In this document: one piece after another, positions 9,751-18,827 of the stretch | Layout: the number at the start of each line of letters is the position of its first letter | Numbering within the stretch: position 1 is the first letter of the stretch | From: Evtepia sp. | GTDB taxonomy: Bacteria; Bacillota; Clostridia; Oscillospirales; Oscillospiraceae | DNA length: 58,788 nt | Reading direction: 5' to 3' | Assembly (NCBI GenBank): GCA_020025735.1 | Contig: JAHHRP010000001.1 | Coordinates: 1 to 58,788, forward strand | Translations under genes and position numbers: made by a program | The notes under the pieces: model-generated | Told to the model about the DNA's origin: nothing | The model's input: the letters and a program-made list of their open reading frames with translations, nothing else | Database searches by the model: none

Positions 9751-12078
9751 TTACACATTGTGCTTCACTCGGTCATGTTCTTCTGCCCGTTTGGCATTAT
9801 TGAAACGGTCCAAAGTACCTACCAGATAACCAGTAATGCGGCGGATGCGTTCAAAAGGTACGTCCTCCTCCCGCCGGCCACAACCTGGACACTGGTCCCC
9901 AATAATCCCAGAGAAACCACATACCGGGTCCCGATCCACCGGGTGATTCACCGACCCATAGCCAATCCCTTTCTCCTTCATGCAGCGGATGATCCGCTCG
10001 AAGGCATCCAGATTCTTGGTGGGGTCTCCATCCATCTCAATATAGCTAATGTGTCCAGCGTTTGTCAACGCATGGTAGGGGGCCTCAATGGCGATCTTAT
10101 CGTAGGCAGAAATGGGATAATACACCGGCACATGGAAGGAATTGGTATAGTAATCTCGGTCAGTAACCCCTTCAATCACACCATATTTTTCCTTATCGAT
10201 CTTCACAAACCGCCCAGAAAGCCCCTCAGCAGGGGTAGCCAGCAGAGAGAAGTTCAAGTTGTGTTTGGCGCTCTCCTGATCCATCCTGGCCCGCATATGG
10301 CCAATAATCTCCAACCCGAGGACTCTAGCCCGTTCGCTCTCTCCATGGTGTTCCCCGACAAGAGCCTTAAGTGTCTCAGCCAGGCCAATAAACCCAACAG
10401 AGAGCGTGCCATGGCGCAAAACTTCCCGCACCTCATCGTCCCATTCCAGTTTATCAGAGTCAATCCACACACCCTGTCCCATGAGGAAGGGGGCGTTCTT
10501 TACCTTTTTCCGGCACTGGAACTCAAACCGTTCCAACAGTTGGTCCACGCACAGATCCAGCATATAATCCAGGCTCTCAAAGAATGTGTTGATATCTCCC
10601 TTCGCCTTAATGCCCAAACGGGGCAAGTTAATGGTCGTAAAAGAGAGATTTCCTCGTCCATTGCAGATCTGGCGATCTGGGTCTACTACGTTACCGATGA
10701 CCCGGGTGCGGCAACCCATATAGGCGATCTCCGTCTCTGGGTGGCCCTCTTTGTAGTATTGCAAATTAAAGGGAGCATCAATAAAGGAGAAGTTCGGAAA
10801 CAGTCGTTTGGCAGAACAACGGATTGCCAGTTGGAACAAATCGTAGTTTGGTTCACCCGGATTGTAGTTGATCCCTTCTTTTACCCGAAAGATTTGAATG
10901 GGGAAGATGGGCGTTTCTCCGTTACCCAATCCGACCTCAGTAGATAGCAGGATATTCTTCATGACCATCCGCCCCTCTGGGGTAGTATCCATCCCGTAAT
11001 TGATGGAGGAGAAGGGGGTCTGCGCACCGGCCCGAGAATGCATGGTGTTCAAATTATGAATGAGGGCTTCCATCGCCTGATACGTGGCGCGGTCTGTCTC
11101 TTTGACTGCCCGATAGTGGGCAAACTCTTGGCACTTACGCATTTCCTGCTCATCCTGGCTGAAGTTCTCCAGGAGGAAAGGCATCTCTGCTTGGAAATAT
11201 GCTTCGCAATCCTCCAGTTTTGGACACAAACCGGTTGCCTTCTCAATTTTTTGAATGTTTTCTTTTATCTGGTTCTCTGGATCCTGCTGGTTTTCCAAAA
11301 GCATCAGCGCTCTGGCCAAGTTTTGGCGATAGATCCGTTTAAATGTCTTCCGTACCCCAATGGCCATGGCATAGTCAAAGTTTACGATAGCCTGTCCGCC
11401 ATGTTGATCATTCTGGTTTGACTGGATCGCAATGCAGGCCAAGGCGGCATAGGAAGCGATATCGTTGGGTTCCCGCAGGGTACCATGGCCGGTAGAAAAG
11501 CCGCCATCAAAAAGCTTTATCAGGTCGATCTGGGTGCAAGTTGTCGTCCCCATTGGGGCAAAATCCATATCATGGATGTGGATATCCCCACTCGTGTGAG
11601 CGCGGGCATGTTCAGGCTTCATAACAAACATTTGATAAAACTGCTTAGACCCTTCGCTACCGTATTTCAGCATGGTCCCCATGGCAGTATCGCCATCGAT
11701 ATTGGCGTTTTCCCGTTTGATATCACTCTCTTTGGCAGAAGAAAAGGTAATGTCCTCATAGATTTTCATGAGCCGGGTATTCATTTCCCGTGCTCGGCTG
11801 CGCTCGGAGCGATAGAGGATATATGCTTTGGCCGTCTGGACATACCCATTGTCCATCAGTACCCGCTCCACGATATCCTGGATATGTTCTACCTCAGGGC
11901 AACTCCCCCCCTCCACTTCCAGTACAGAGGCAACTTCGTGGGCCAGTTTCGCTGCCGTTTCATCATAGCCAGGTTTATAGGTTGCTGCGAAGGCTTTGTT
12001 GATCGCATCTGCAATCTTATTTTCGTGAAAAGGGACCACTCGCCCGTCCCGCTTTCGAATCTGTTGCACCGTAGTCAT
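9751..12078 (-). CDS. nrdD: Anaerobic (class III) ribonucleoside-triphosphate reductase
   Basis: N-terminal ATP cone (IRKRDGRVVPF), HIHDMDF, YMGCRT, ATPAEGLSGRF, CPVC/CPGC-like Zn site, glycyl-radical motif RRITGYL. Confidence 0.97.
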   Translation of the reverse strand: MTTVQQIRKRDGRVVPFHENKIADAINKAFAATYKPGYDETAAKLAHEVASVLEVEGGSCPEVEHIQDIVERVLMDNGYVQTAKAYILYRSERSRAREMNTRLMKIYEDITFSSAKESDIKRENANIDGDTAMGTMLKYGSEGSKQFYQMFVMKPEHARAHTSGDIHIHDMDFAPMGTTTCTQIDLIKLFDGGFSTGHGTLREPNDIASYAALACIAIQSNQNDQHGGQAIVNFDYAMAIGVRKTFKRIYRQNLARALMLLENQQDPENQIKENIQKIEKATGLCPKLEDCEAYFQAEMPFLLENFSQDEQEMRKCQEFAHYRAVKETDRATYQAMEALIHNLNTMHSRAGAQTPFSSINYGMDTTPEGRMVMKNILLSTEVGLGNGETPIFPIQIFRVKEGINYNPGEPNYDLFQLAIRCSAKRLFPNFSFIDAPFNLQYYKEGHPETEIAYMGCRTRVIGNVVDPDRQICNGRGNLSFTTINLPRLGIKAKGDINTFFESLDYMLDLCVDQLLERFEFQCRKKVKNAPFLMGQGVWIDSDKLEWDDEVREVLRHGTLSVGFIGLAETLKALVGEHHGESERARVLGLEIIGHMRARMDQESAKHNLNFSLLATPAEGLSGRFVKIDKEKYGVIEGVTDRDYYTNSFHVPVYYPISAYDKIAIEAPYHALTNAGHISYIEMDGDPTKNLDAFERIIRCMKEKGIGYGSVNHPVDRDPVCGFSGIIGDQCPGCGRREEDVPFERIRRITGYLVGTLDRFNNAKRAEEHDRVKHNV

Positions 12079-12134
12079 GGAGCCTCTCTCCTTCTATTTT
12101 TTGTGTCTGGGTGCTTCTTGATCTTCCGAACCAC

Positions 12135-12181
12135 CCATGTCATCTTGTGTTTTATATACACCACGCACACACTATATTGTG
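12135..12181 (-). promoter_or_regulatory. Tandem NrdR boxes upstream of nrdD
   Basis: CACAATATAGTGTGTG (minus, 12166-12181) plus a weaker box at 12135-12150, ~31-32 bp apart, typical of NrdR; a third match ACACAATACATAGTAC at ~12287-12302. Confidence 0.65.
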
Positions 12182-12203
12182 CTTTTTCTGTATTTCATTC
12201 CCA

Positions 12204-12233
12204 ATGATAGCACTGGGAATATCCTCCCGTCAA
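12204..12233 (-). promoter_or_regulatory. sigma-A promoter of nrdD
   Basis: Minus strand TTGACG-18 bp-TATCAT with extended TG. Confidence 0.6.
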
Positions 12234-12408
12234 TAGCCGTTTTAAAAATTATTGCACAAAATTCAGGGGCAGGTCTGTAACTTGGGTACTATGTATTGTG
12301 TTCTGCGTTCTGCCTTCTCTTCTAAAGCCCTTGCAGGGCAAGGCATTCTCCTCACGCAAGGTCTTTTCTGCCCTGTTCCACCGGCCATATTCCTCCCTCT
12401 CTGCACTG

Positions 12409-12891
12409 TCATGGCATGTCCGGAAAATAGTACTGCACATGCAAATGGCAAGGCAAGATGGCTTCGATCAGTTCTTGGATCTGAATGATATCCGCAGGCG
12501 GTGTCACAATCCCCGGAAAGATGACTTTCACTTGCAACGGATCACCCGTTTCTTCTACCTGTGCAGGGATTCCACACCCGCGCAGAGTATCATTCATGGC
12601 AGCCAGTGTCGCATTGTTGTTTCGAATCCGAAGCAGCGCAGCCGCAGTCTGGCGCAGGCTTTCTGGGTCTTCCTGGCCCACCTGTCGTCCCAACAGATCC
12701 AGCACCTCCTGCAATCCTTCCTCTTGTGCCGTCCAAAGGTTCATCTCCCGCTGGATATGCGTTAGTTCCTGTTCCACCTGATCCATGGCTGCCCCTTCGC
12801 TTTTAAGCTCTCCCCACTGAAAACTTCCCTCCCAACGGTAAACTCCCAGCGGGGTCAAAAGGTCTCTTAAACTCTGTCCATGCCCCATCAC
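12409..12891 (-). CDS. Baseplate wedge protein (XkdU/YmfQ/DUF2313-like)
   Basis: Position after baseplate J; C-terminal IEAILPCHL motif typical of this family. Confidence 0.7.
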   Translation of the reverse strand: MMGHGQSLRDLLTPLGVYRWEGSFQWGELKSEGAAMDQVEQELTHIQREMNLWTAQEEGLQEVLDLLGRQVGQEDPESLRQTAAALLRIRNNNATLAAMNDTLRGCGIPAQVEETGDPLQVKVIFPGIVTPPADIIQIQELIEAILPCHLHVQYYFPDMP

Positions 12892-13943
12892 ATTTCCTCC
12901 ACTGACACGCCCCCCAACACAGGCAGCTGGTTTTCCTTTACGATCACATCGTTCACTGGCCCATCAATGCGGTAATTTGCCACACCAGGGACCTGATGAA
13001 TGCGCTGCGCGATTTCCACCAGCAGCAGATTTCTGCCCAGCATCGTCCCATCAAACCAAGTTTCCATCGCCTGCTTCACTCGTTCGATGACCACTGCCGG
13101 CAGCACTCCTGGCTCAGCCTGCACCGACAAGATTAGCTGAACTGCCACAGGTTCCGGTCCCTTAACAGATAAATCCACCGCAATCTCCCGCTTGGTTTCC
13201 AAATCCTCTAGTACCGTATTCACCAACGTCCGATTGGGCAGACCAGTAGCACTGGCAATGATCACATCTACCGTACCCATCCCACGTGGTTTTGGTATCA
13301 CTTTCACTGCCGCCACTCCTGGTATTGCCAGCGCCTCTTGTGCATAGTAGGCTTTGTTGGTTCCATTGGGAATGTTCCGGTATGTGTCCAGGATTCGCAG
13401 CCGCAGTTCTTCATCCTCTTCTCTTCCCCGTCCCCCAGTAAAGGGGACCGGATTGGTGCAGTCAGACACTCCTGCTGGTGCTACGGCCATGGTCCGCACA
13501 ACCCCCGCTGGGACATTGCCGCCTAGCCCTGGTTCCACTGCTTGGGCTGGGACATCCACGGACAGTTCACCTGCCAGAATGATCGCTTCCCTAGTTGTCT
13601 CAAAGGCTCCACCGCCTGCTGTCATACATACGCTTCCCACAGGTATGGGCAGATTCTCGTTCGCCGCAGATCGGAGAGAGAACCGAAGTTTTCCCTCTGC
13701 CCGTCGACCTGCTATCCGAGTCACCCCTCGTAAGAAGCCATGTTTCTCTAGTTCTTCCCCGGTAGCTGTTTGTGGAAAACACTGCCGCCGGGTCCAGGCA
13801 TTCTCCTCATACAGGCCATAGATCTGCGCTGCCAACGCATATAACCGCACTGCCATCTCACTAGATTCATCTGGGGCAATGCCAGTCTCCAGCACGACCC
13901 GATCCATCATTTCCCGATAAATTTCCTCTACCGTTTTTTTCAT
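12888..13943 (-). CDS. Baseplate J/gp47 family protein (XkdT-like)
   Basis: FPQTATGEELEKHG..RGVTR, AVEPGLGGN, GGRGREEDEELRLRI, PRGMGTVDV; ATG 13943 after GGAG. Confidence 0.9.
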   Translation of the reverse strand: MKKTVEEIYREMMDRVVLETGIAPDESSEMAVRLYALAAQIYGLYEENAWTRRQCFPQTATGEELEKHGFLRGVTRIAGRRAEGKLRFSLRSAANENLPIPVGSVCMTAGGGAFETTREAIILAGELSVDVPAQAVEPGLGGNVPAGVVRTMAVAPAGVSDCTNPVPFTGGRGREEDEELRLRILDTYRNIPNGTNKAYYAQEALAIPGVAAVKVIPKPRGMGTVDVIIASATGLPNRTLVNTVLEDLETKREIAVDLSVKGPEPVAVQLILSVQAEPGVLPAVVIERVKQAMETWFDGTMLGRNLLLVEIAQRIHQVPGVANYRIDGPVNDVIVKENQLPVLGGVSVEEM

Positions 13944-13959
13944 CTTCACCGCTCCCTTC

Positions 13960-14301
13960 TCACAGAGGGACAGACGCCACCAGGCTCTCTCCCCGCCAAC
14001 GCAAGGCAACATCTAACCGCTCAGCCGCCTCATTCCAGACGGCCCCTTCTACCTGCAACTCTTTCTCGCCGGCCAATGCCTCCGCAGCGTAGCTGGCTCC
14101 CATCGCTCCTCGGCTGGAGGGTTTTTCACGCATCAGAAGATGTAATCTGCTGCCTAATTGGGGCAGCAGCGGAAAACTGCCCCGCCGGACTGAAAGGAGA
14201 AAGAGGACCCGCTCCAGGACCCCCTCCACTCCATCACTGGAAGCAAAGCCTCCTTTTCCATCGAGGCAGTAATCCCCCTCTCGCAGATGGGTTACACTCA
14301 T
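13960..14301 (-). CDS. Baseplate/sheath initiator protein (gp25/gp46/XkdS-like)
   Basis: LSVRRGSFPLLPQLGSRL motif; ATGA overlap with spike gene; position. Confidence 0.75.
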   Translation of the reverse strand: MSVTHLREGDYCLDGKGGFASSDGVEGVLERVLFLLSVRRGSFPLLPQLGSRLHLLMREKPSSRGAMGASYAAEALAGEKELQVEGAVWNEAAERLDVALRWRGESLVASVPL

Positions 14302-14666
14302 TTCCCCACCTCCAGTCCATTCACGTTCAGGCTCCCGGTGATCTCCACGGGTCCTTTCAAATGGATCTTTCCGTCTCTGCTCAAGCGCAGTTCCACATCT
14401 GGAGATACGGACAGCCACACCTCATTGGTGGAAGACGCCATTGGCGCCCCCACCACACAGGGTGTTCCCTCTGGGCCACTCTTCACCACCAACACCGTCT
14501 CTCCCCGTGCAGGGGTCCAATGATAGCCTCCCGGCAGGCAAACGGTCACATTTCGCCGTTCCCCTGCCAGCGCAACTCCCATATCCACTCCAGACAAAGT
14601 AACCTGACCCAGCTCTGCTGGAGGTTCCTTTAGAATCTCTTCTCCTTTACCTCTTGCCATCCACAT
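14298..14666 (-). CDS. Short baseplate spike protein (gp45/gpV/XkdR-like)
   Basis: PGGYHWTP..GETVLV OB-fold-like segment and C-terminal beta-strand repeats (IHLKGPVEITGSLNVNG). Confidence 0.7.
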   Translation of the reverse strand: MWMARGKGEEILKEPPAELGQVTLSGVDMGVALAGERRNVTVCLPGGYHWTPARGETVLVVKSGPEGTPCVVGAPMASSTNEVWLSVSPDVELRLSRDGKIHLKGPVEITGSLNVNGLEVGK

Positions 14667-14682
14667 AACAAAAAACGCTCCT

Positions 14683-15636
14683 TCACAGAACTGCCTGAGG
14701 CGTACCCAGGATCAATCTTGTCTCATAACCGCTTTCCCCCAAGGTCACCCGACTCTCCCGAACGCGATACAGACCATTGCCGCTCCATCCTGCCCTGGTC
14801 AGCCGCACGAGATCCCCTGGCCAAGCAGCAAAGGGCAGTGCTACGGTCACTTCCACTTCCAGCAGATCTGCTGCCGAACGATCCAACTGGAACCTAGCCT
14901 GATACCGTCTTGCCTGAAACCCAGTGTTTTTTGGCAGCAGGATCACCCGGCTGCACTGACCTCCCCGGCGCTGGAAGTCGCTGTTCACTTCTGTCTGGCG
15001 TGTCCATCCGGTTACATCTTTCACTGTCACCTGCGACAAGACCCCATAGCGTTTATCTCGCCGAACCACCCGTGTCACAGGTGCATCCATGTCCAGTTCT
15101 ATTGGGTCTGCTGTGGGCCAGGGATGCAGCGCCAGTTTACCTTCTCTGGTGAAGCGGGGGGTTACGCCACCGTGGTACCGTGCAAAATCGTACAGCACCT
15201 TCCAGCAGCTGCTTCCTGAGGACACAGAAAATCCCCATACCGCTGGCAGAAAAACCCGCCGTTCCAGACCAATCCCAAAGGGTGTGACATACCGCCGCAA
15301 GATTTCCTCTAATGTGGCCTGACCATAATCTGCTGCCTCAGCCTGGTTGTCCAAGAGCAGTGCCTGAAGGCCCCGGCCGGTGATTTCTGCCATACATCCT
15401 TCCTGGGACCACTGGCACTGGCACTCATCTATCACGCCAAGAAACTGCAATTTTCCTTTCTGTTTTACCTGTACACGCACACCATTGGCCAGTTGATCCT
15501 CTTTGCCTGCCGACCAGAGGAATTTGACCCAAAAGCAGTCACAAGGGGAGCCAAGGCCATAGTCCAGCTGCCAGGCCACAGGTGTTGGAAGGAAGTATTC
15601 CCTTCCGTCATAACAAATGAGTTTCCACTCTATCAT
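14683..15636 (-). CDS. Baseplate hub protein (XkdQ/gp44-like)
   Basis: FLGVIDE...ITGRGLQALLLDNQA; C-terminal PGDLVRL...YRVRESRVTL; position after the LysM gene. Confidence 0.75.
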   Translation of the reverse strand: MIEWKLICYDGREYFLPTPVAWQLDYGLGSPCDCFWVKFLWSAGKEDQLANGVRVQVKQKGKLQFLGVIDECQCQWSQEGCMAEITGRGLQALLLDNQAEAADYGQATLEEILRRYVTPFGIGLERRVFLPAVWGFSVSSGSSCWKVLYDFARYHGGVTPRFTREGKLALHPWPTADPIELDMDAPVTRVVRRDKRYGVLSQVTVKDVTGWTRQTEVNSDFQRRGGQCSRVILLPKNTGFQARRYQARFQLDRSAADLLEVEVTVALPFAAWPGDLVRLTRAGWSGNGLYRVRESRVTLGESGYETRLILGTPQAVL

Positions 15637-15640
15637 TTTC

Positions 15641-16231
15641 TCACCCCACTCTCAGCCGCAGTCCTGCCTGGATCACATTCGGATTTTTGATCTGGGGATT
15701 CCATACCAGAAGTTCTCCCAATGTGGTTCCATATTTCTGGGCGATTCCCCACAAGGTTTCTCCTGTCACCACTGTGTGGTATACCGCTCCTGCTGGAGGC
15801 TTTGGCAAGGCAGGGGCTGGGCCACTTCCTCCCCCTGTATTGGTCTGTTTCTTTCTGGTTGTCAGCGTATCCTGATACTTATCATAGTCCTCCCAAAAGG
15901 TAAAGGTATAGCGCACATAGTCCTTCCGTGGCTCTTGGGCCAGGGATAATGCCACGAAATACACGCTAGCGCTCTGCCACACTGGATGGAACAATGCACC
16001 TGGTCCGTCGTCATAAAAGACCGTAGCCAGTTTCTTAAAATCCTCATAGGCTGATGGGCCAAAGAACTCACCTTCCCCTCGCATGACGCGCCGTCCCAGG
16101 CCCAAGTCCTGCATAGCGTATCGGCCGAAAGGCACTTTATGTACTGCCACTTTCCGCTCATATTCGATGGAGTAGGTCCTGGGATTATGGGGCCAGATAA
16201 AGCTCTTATACCGCATGGGACTCAGTTCCAC
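15641..16231 (-). CDS. Tail tube initiator with C-terminal LysM (XkdP-like)
   Basis: LysM HTVVTGETLWGIAQKYGTTLGELLVWNPQIKNPNVIQAG; N-terminal phage tail domain; GGAGG RBS. Confidence 0.85.
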   Translation of the reverse strand: MELSPMRYKSFIWPHNPRTYSIEYERKVAVHKVPFGRYAMQDLGLGRRVMRGEGEFFGPSAYEDFKKLATVFYDDGPGALFHPVWQSASVYFVALSLAQEPRKDYVRYTFTFWEDYDKYQDTLTTRKKQTNTGGGSGPAPALPKPPAGAVYHTVVTGETLWGIAQKYGTTLGELLVWNPQIKNPNVIQAGLRLRVG

Positions 16232-16251
16232 CGCGACACCTCCTTCGTTCC

Positions 16252-16755
16252 TCAGTAGAGGGAAAACCCTCCGTCGTACCGGCGGGCATCCCGCTGTACT
16301 GCGCGATCCAGCGCTTCCCAGTCCTGATTTTTTTCTCCTGTTGTTGACTCCACAGTCAGCACAGTGGGAAGCGGCGTACCGCTGTGTAACGCTGTGCGGG
16401 ACAAACGGGTTGCGTGACCTAAGGCTTCATATAGCTGACTTGGCGTCATGTTGCTGGCTTGTCCAGCTGTCCAGTCCAGGGGGACAGGAGAGAATTTTTG
16501 CTGTGCTTTCATTCCTAGTCCATGGGGGGCAGCCATCCTATCATCTGTGCCAGCTACTTCCTGGTCCATTTCTCCTTGCGCTGCAACTGTCGTTCCATCT
16601 AGCGCCACAGATCTAGCAGAAGCGGCATCTGTGGCGAGAGGCATCTTTTCCTCTGCCCGTTTTTTCCGGCCAAATACAAACCCCCGCCGTCCTTTTTGGC
16701 GAGGCAGGGATTCCTCCGTTTCTTCGTCCAGGATCGCTTCCAAATAGTCGATCAC
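16252..16755 (-). CDS. Putative very short tape-measure protein (167 aa)
   Basis: Occupies the TMP slot between chaperone and LysM genes; Ala/Thr-rich; GTGA coupling; positional call only. Confidence 0.45.
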   Translation of the reverse strand: MIDYLEAILDEETEESLPRQKGRRGFVFGRKKRAEEKMPLATDAASARSVALDGTTVAAQGEMDQEVAGTDDRMAAPHGLGMKAQQKFSPVPLDWTAGQASNMTPSQLYEALGHATRLSRTALHSGTPLPTVLTVESTTGEKNQDWEALDRAVQRDARRYDGGFSLY

Positions 16756-17381
16756 GGTTTCTCCCCCTTCTTCATCCGCTCAAAGCGCGACCAGTCAAAG
16801 GCAGGGTTTTCTTCCTGGGTGATTGTTCCGGTTTCCTGACCACATACTGGGCACCGCTCTTTCTCTGCCTCTGCTCGACAGACAGGGCACAGTCTGTCAA
16901 GCTCTTCTTCCTCATCCAGCAGCAGGTTTACCGCGCACCACAGGTAGTCCTCCTCCGTCATATTTCTGGCTCTTTTTTCCGTGGGCAAAGCGCCAAATTC
17001 CCGCAGGACCCGCCAGCGCAAGCGTTGCCAGGGCAGTTTTTTCAACCGTTCCTTCAGCTGGGAGATCTGCACAGGCTGTCTCTCCTGCCGATATTTCGCG
17101 GTCCACTGTCGGGCCATCTGCTCTACTTTGGGTCCTGATAGCTGTTTCAGCGCAGCTTCTCCTGAAGGGTATACTCGTTTGCCTCGTCGCCGCAAGGCGC
17201 GAGCTGTTAGGCAGGCGTTGTCCCAGAGGGCATGTGTTTCCTCATCGGCATCGCCTGCCAACGCGCGGGCCTCCTCCCGAGCCAGCAGCAGTTCCCAGGG
17301 CGGAAGGTTTTCCAACTGGCCTTTTGGTCTTTGCCATGGGGGACAGATTTGCCACCATTTTCCCAATTTTCTCACTCTCAT
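16752..17381 (-). CDS. Putative tail assembly chaperone with C-terminal CPVC-x8-CPVC motif
   Basis: Follows the tube gene with ATGA overlap; helical composition; GALPTE...MTEEDYLW resembles the T-chaperone segment. Confidence 0.55.
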   Translation of the reverse strand: MRVRKLGKWWQICPPWQRPKGQLENLPPWELLLAREEARALAGDADEETHALWDNACLTARALRRRGKRVYPSGEAALKQLSGPKVEQMARQWTAKYRQERQPVQISQLKERLKKLPWQRLRWRVLREFGALPTEKRARNMTEEDYLWCAVNLLLDEEEELDRLCPVCRAEAEKERCPVCGQETGTITQEENPAFDWSRFERMKKGEKP

Positions 17382-17767
17382 GCTGCGGTTTCAATCCGTC
17401 TGCTTGCCACCACTGTGACCTTTTCCATCACCGACGCGCCCAAGGTTCCACTCTCCCCGATTTTACTCCACTGGCAGCCGCTGTAAATCACCCGTCGGTC
17501 AGGTTTACAGATGACCAGGCTGAAATTTTCCAGGCTATAGAAGTCGATTCCATCGGCAAGGGCCTCATCGGTCGCATAGATTCTGGTCAGTTCCAGCACA
17601 TGTTTACTTTGTCCTGGGAGCGTTGCCACGGGTTCTTTTTCTCCAAAGGCTTCGATGGTGGTGCTGCTCTTTGTGCTTTGGACAGTATAGCTCTGTACCA
17701 CTGCCACTTTTTTCCCGTTCACTTCCAGATAGATGTCACTACTGGTTGGGATTAAAATTGCTGCCAT
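17378..17767 (-). CDS. Tail tube protein (129 aa)
   Basis: Directly after the sheath gene; beta-rich; DIYLEVNGKKVAVVQS...IYSGCQW; ATG 17767 after AAGGAG. Confidence 0.75.
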   Translation of the reverse strand: MAAILIPTSSDIYLEVNGKKVAVVQSYTVQSTKSSTTIEAFGEKEPVATLPGQSKHVLELTRIYATDEALADGIDFYSLENFSLVICKPDRRVIYSGCQWSKIGESGTLGASVMEKVTVVASRRIETAA

Positions 17768-17780
17768 TGTCACACTCCTT

Positions 17781-18827
17781 TTACACGGTGATCTGGGCAC
17801 TCAGCCAGATCTGATTGAGACCCTGCGCTACGTTGAAGGAAAAGGTCACCAGACAGACGGTGGGTCTGTCCTCCAATCCCTGAACAACCACATCTCCATA
17901 GCCGGTAATGATTTCTGCGGCCAATTTTCTTTCCAACTCCAAAATCACCTGGGAGCGCACAGCACCTCTGGTCTGTGCTGTGTTTTTGGCCCGTGGGAAT
18001 CGTGCCCGCAGGGCATCTCGAATACTGGGGATGACATCGTCCACCACCAGGATCGTTTCCAACTCCCGCCATGTGCTGTCGGGGGCCGATCCCGTTTTGG
18101 TTCTGGTTGTCACACCTCGAATGACGATACACCGTCCACCTGATAATTCCATTGGTGTCACACCGCCCTGAATCAGGGCATCCAGTTCTTCTTCGGTGTA
18201 TCGTGCGGTCAAGGCAGATATCCCCATCAGAGCCACGCCGCCCAGTGGGAGCGCGGGATCTGCCTGCCCACAGATAGCGCCTGCCACCGCCGCTGCAACC
18301 AGCGCGCCGCCCTCCTCAGAGGATACACTGGGCGCTGTCAAAACCATCCGCTCGCTGTTGAGTCCTTCCGCGTGGGTCACCAGTTGGGTAACCGTCTCAT
18401 TCCGGCCACCGGGAACCACGGCGATGCGTTCTCTTCTTGCCAAGGCGTCGGCAGCGACCTGATCTCTCAGCGCCTGCTGGGTCTGCAAATCCTCACTGTC
18501 GCAGACAATCACCCGCACATTTTCCTGCTGCCCCAGCAGAGCAAAGGCGCCAGCATAATTTCCATTTTCCCCCACAGGCACAGCCAGCACCCTGGCAGCG
18601 CCGTTGGCCAAGAGAACCTTTACCATTTTTGCCATTGTGTCGTCCTGCCCAAATATCTCGACAGCTTCCCGCCAATTCCCCAGGGAATAGAGGGTATCCG
18701 CTGTCCCAGTCTTACTTTTTGCAGCCACTGCCGCCCATCCCCTCCGACCAGCGGAGGTCACCACAGCGGAGGCTTCGTAAACCGAATATACTCCTGGCCG
18801 CTCATGGCTGGTCACCACATTACTCAC
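17781..18827 (-). CDS. Contractile tail sheath protein (short, 348 aa)
   Basis: N-terminal RPGVY; LIQGGVTP...IRGVTT; ILVVDDV..IR sheath C-terminal motifs. Confidence 0.9.
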   Translation of the reverse strand: MSNVVTSHERPGVYSVYEASAVVTSAGRRGWAAVAAKSKTGTADTLYSLGNWREAVEIFGQDDTMAKMVKVLLANGAARVLAVPVGENGNYAGAFALLGQQENVRVIVCDSEDLQTQQALRDQVAADALARRERIAVVPGGRNETVTQLVTHAEGLNSERMVLTAPSVSSEEGGALVAAAVAGAICGQADPALPLGGVALMGISALTARYTEEELDALIQGGVTPMELSGGRCIVIRGVTTRTKTGSAPDSTWRELETILVVDDVIPSIRDALRARFPRAKNTAQTRGAVRSQVILELERKLAAEIITGYGDVVVQGLEDRPTVCLVTFSFNVAQGLNQIWLSAQITV

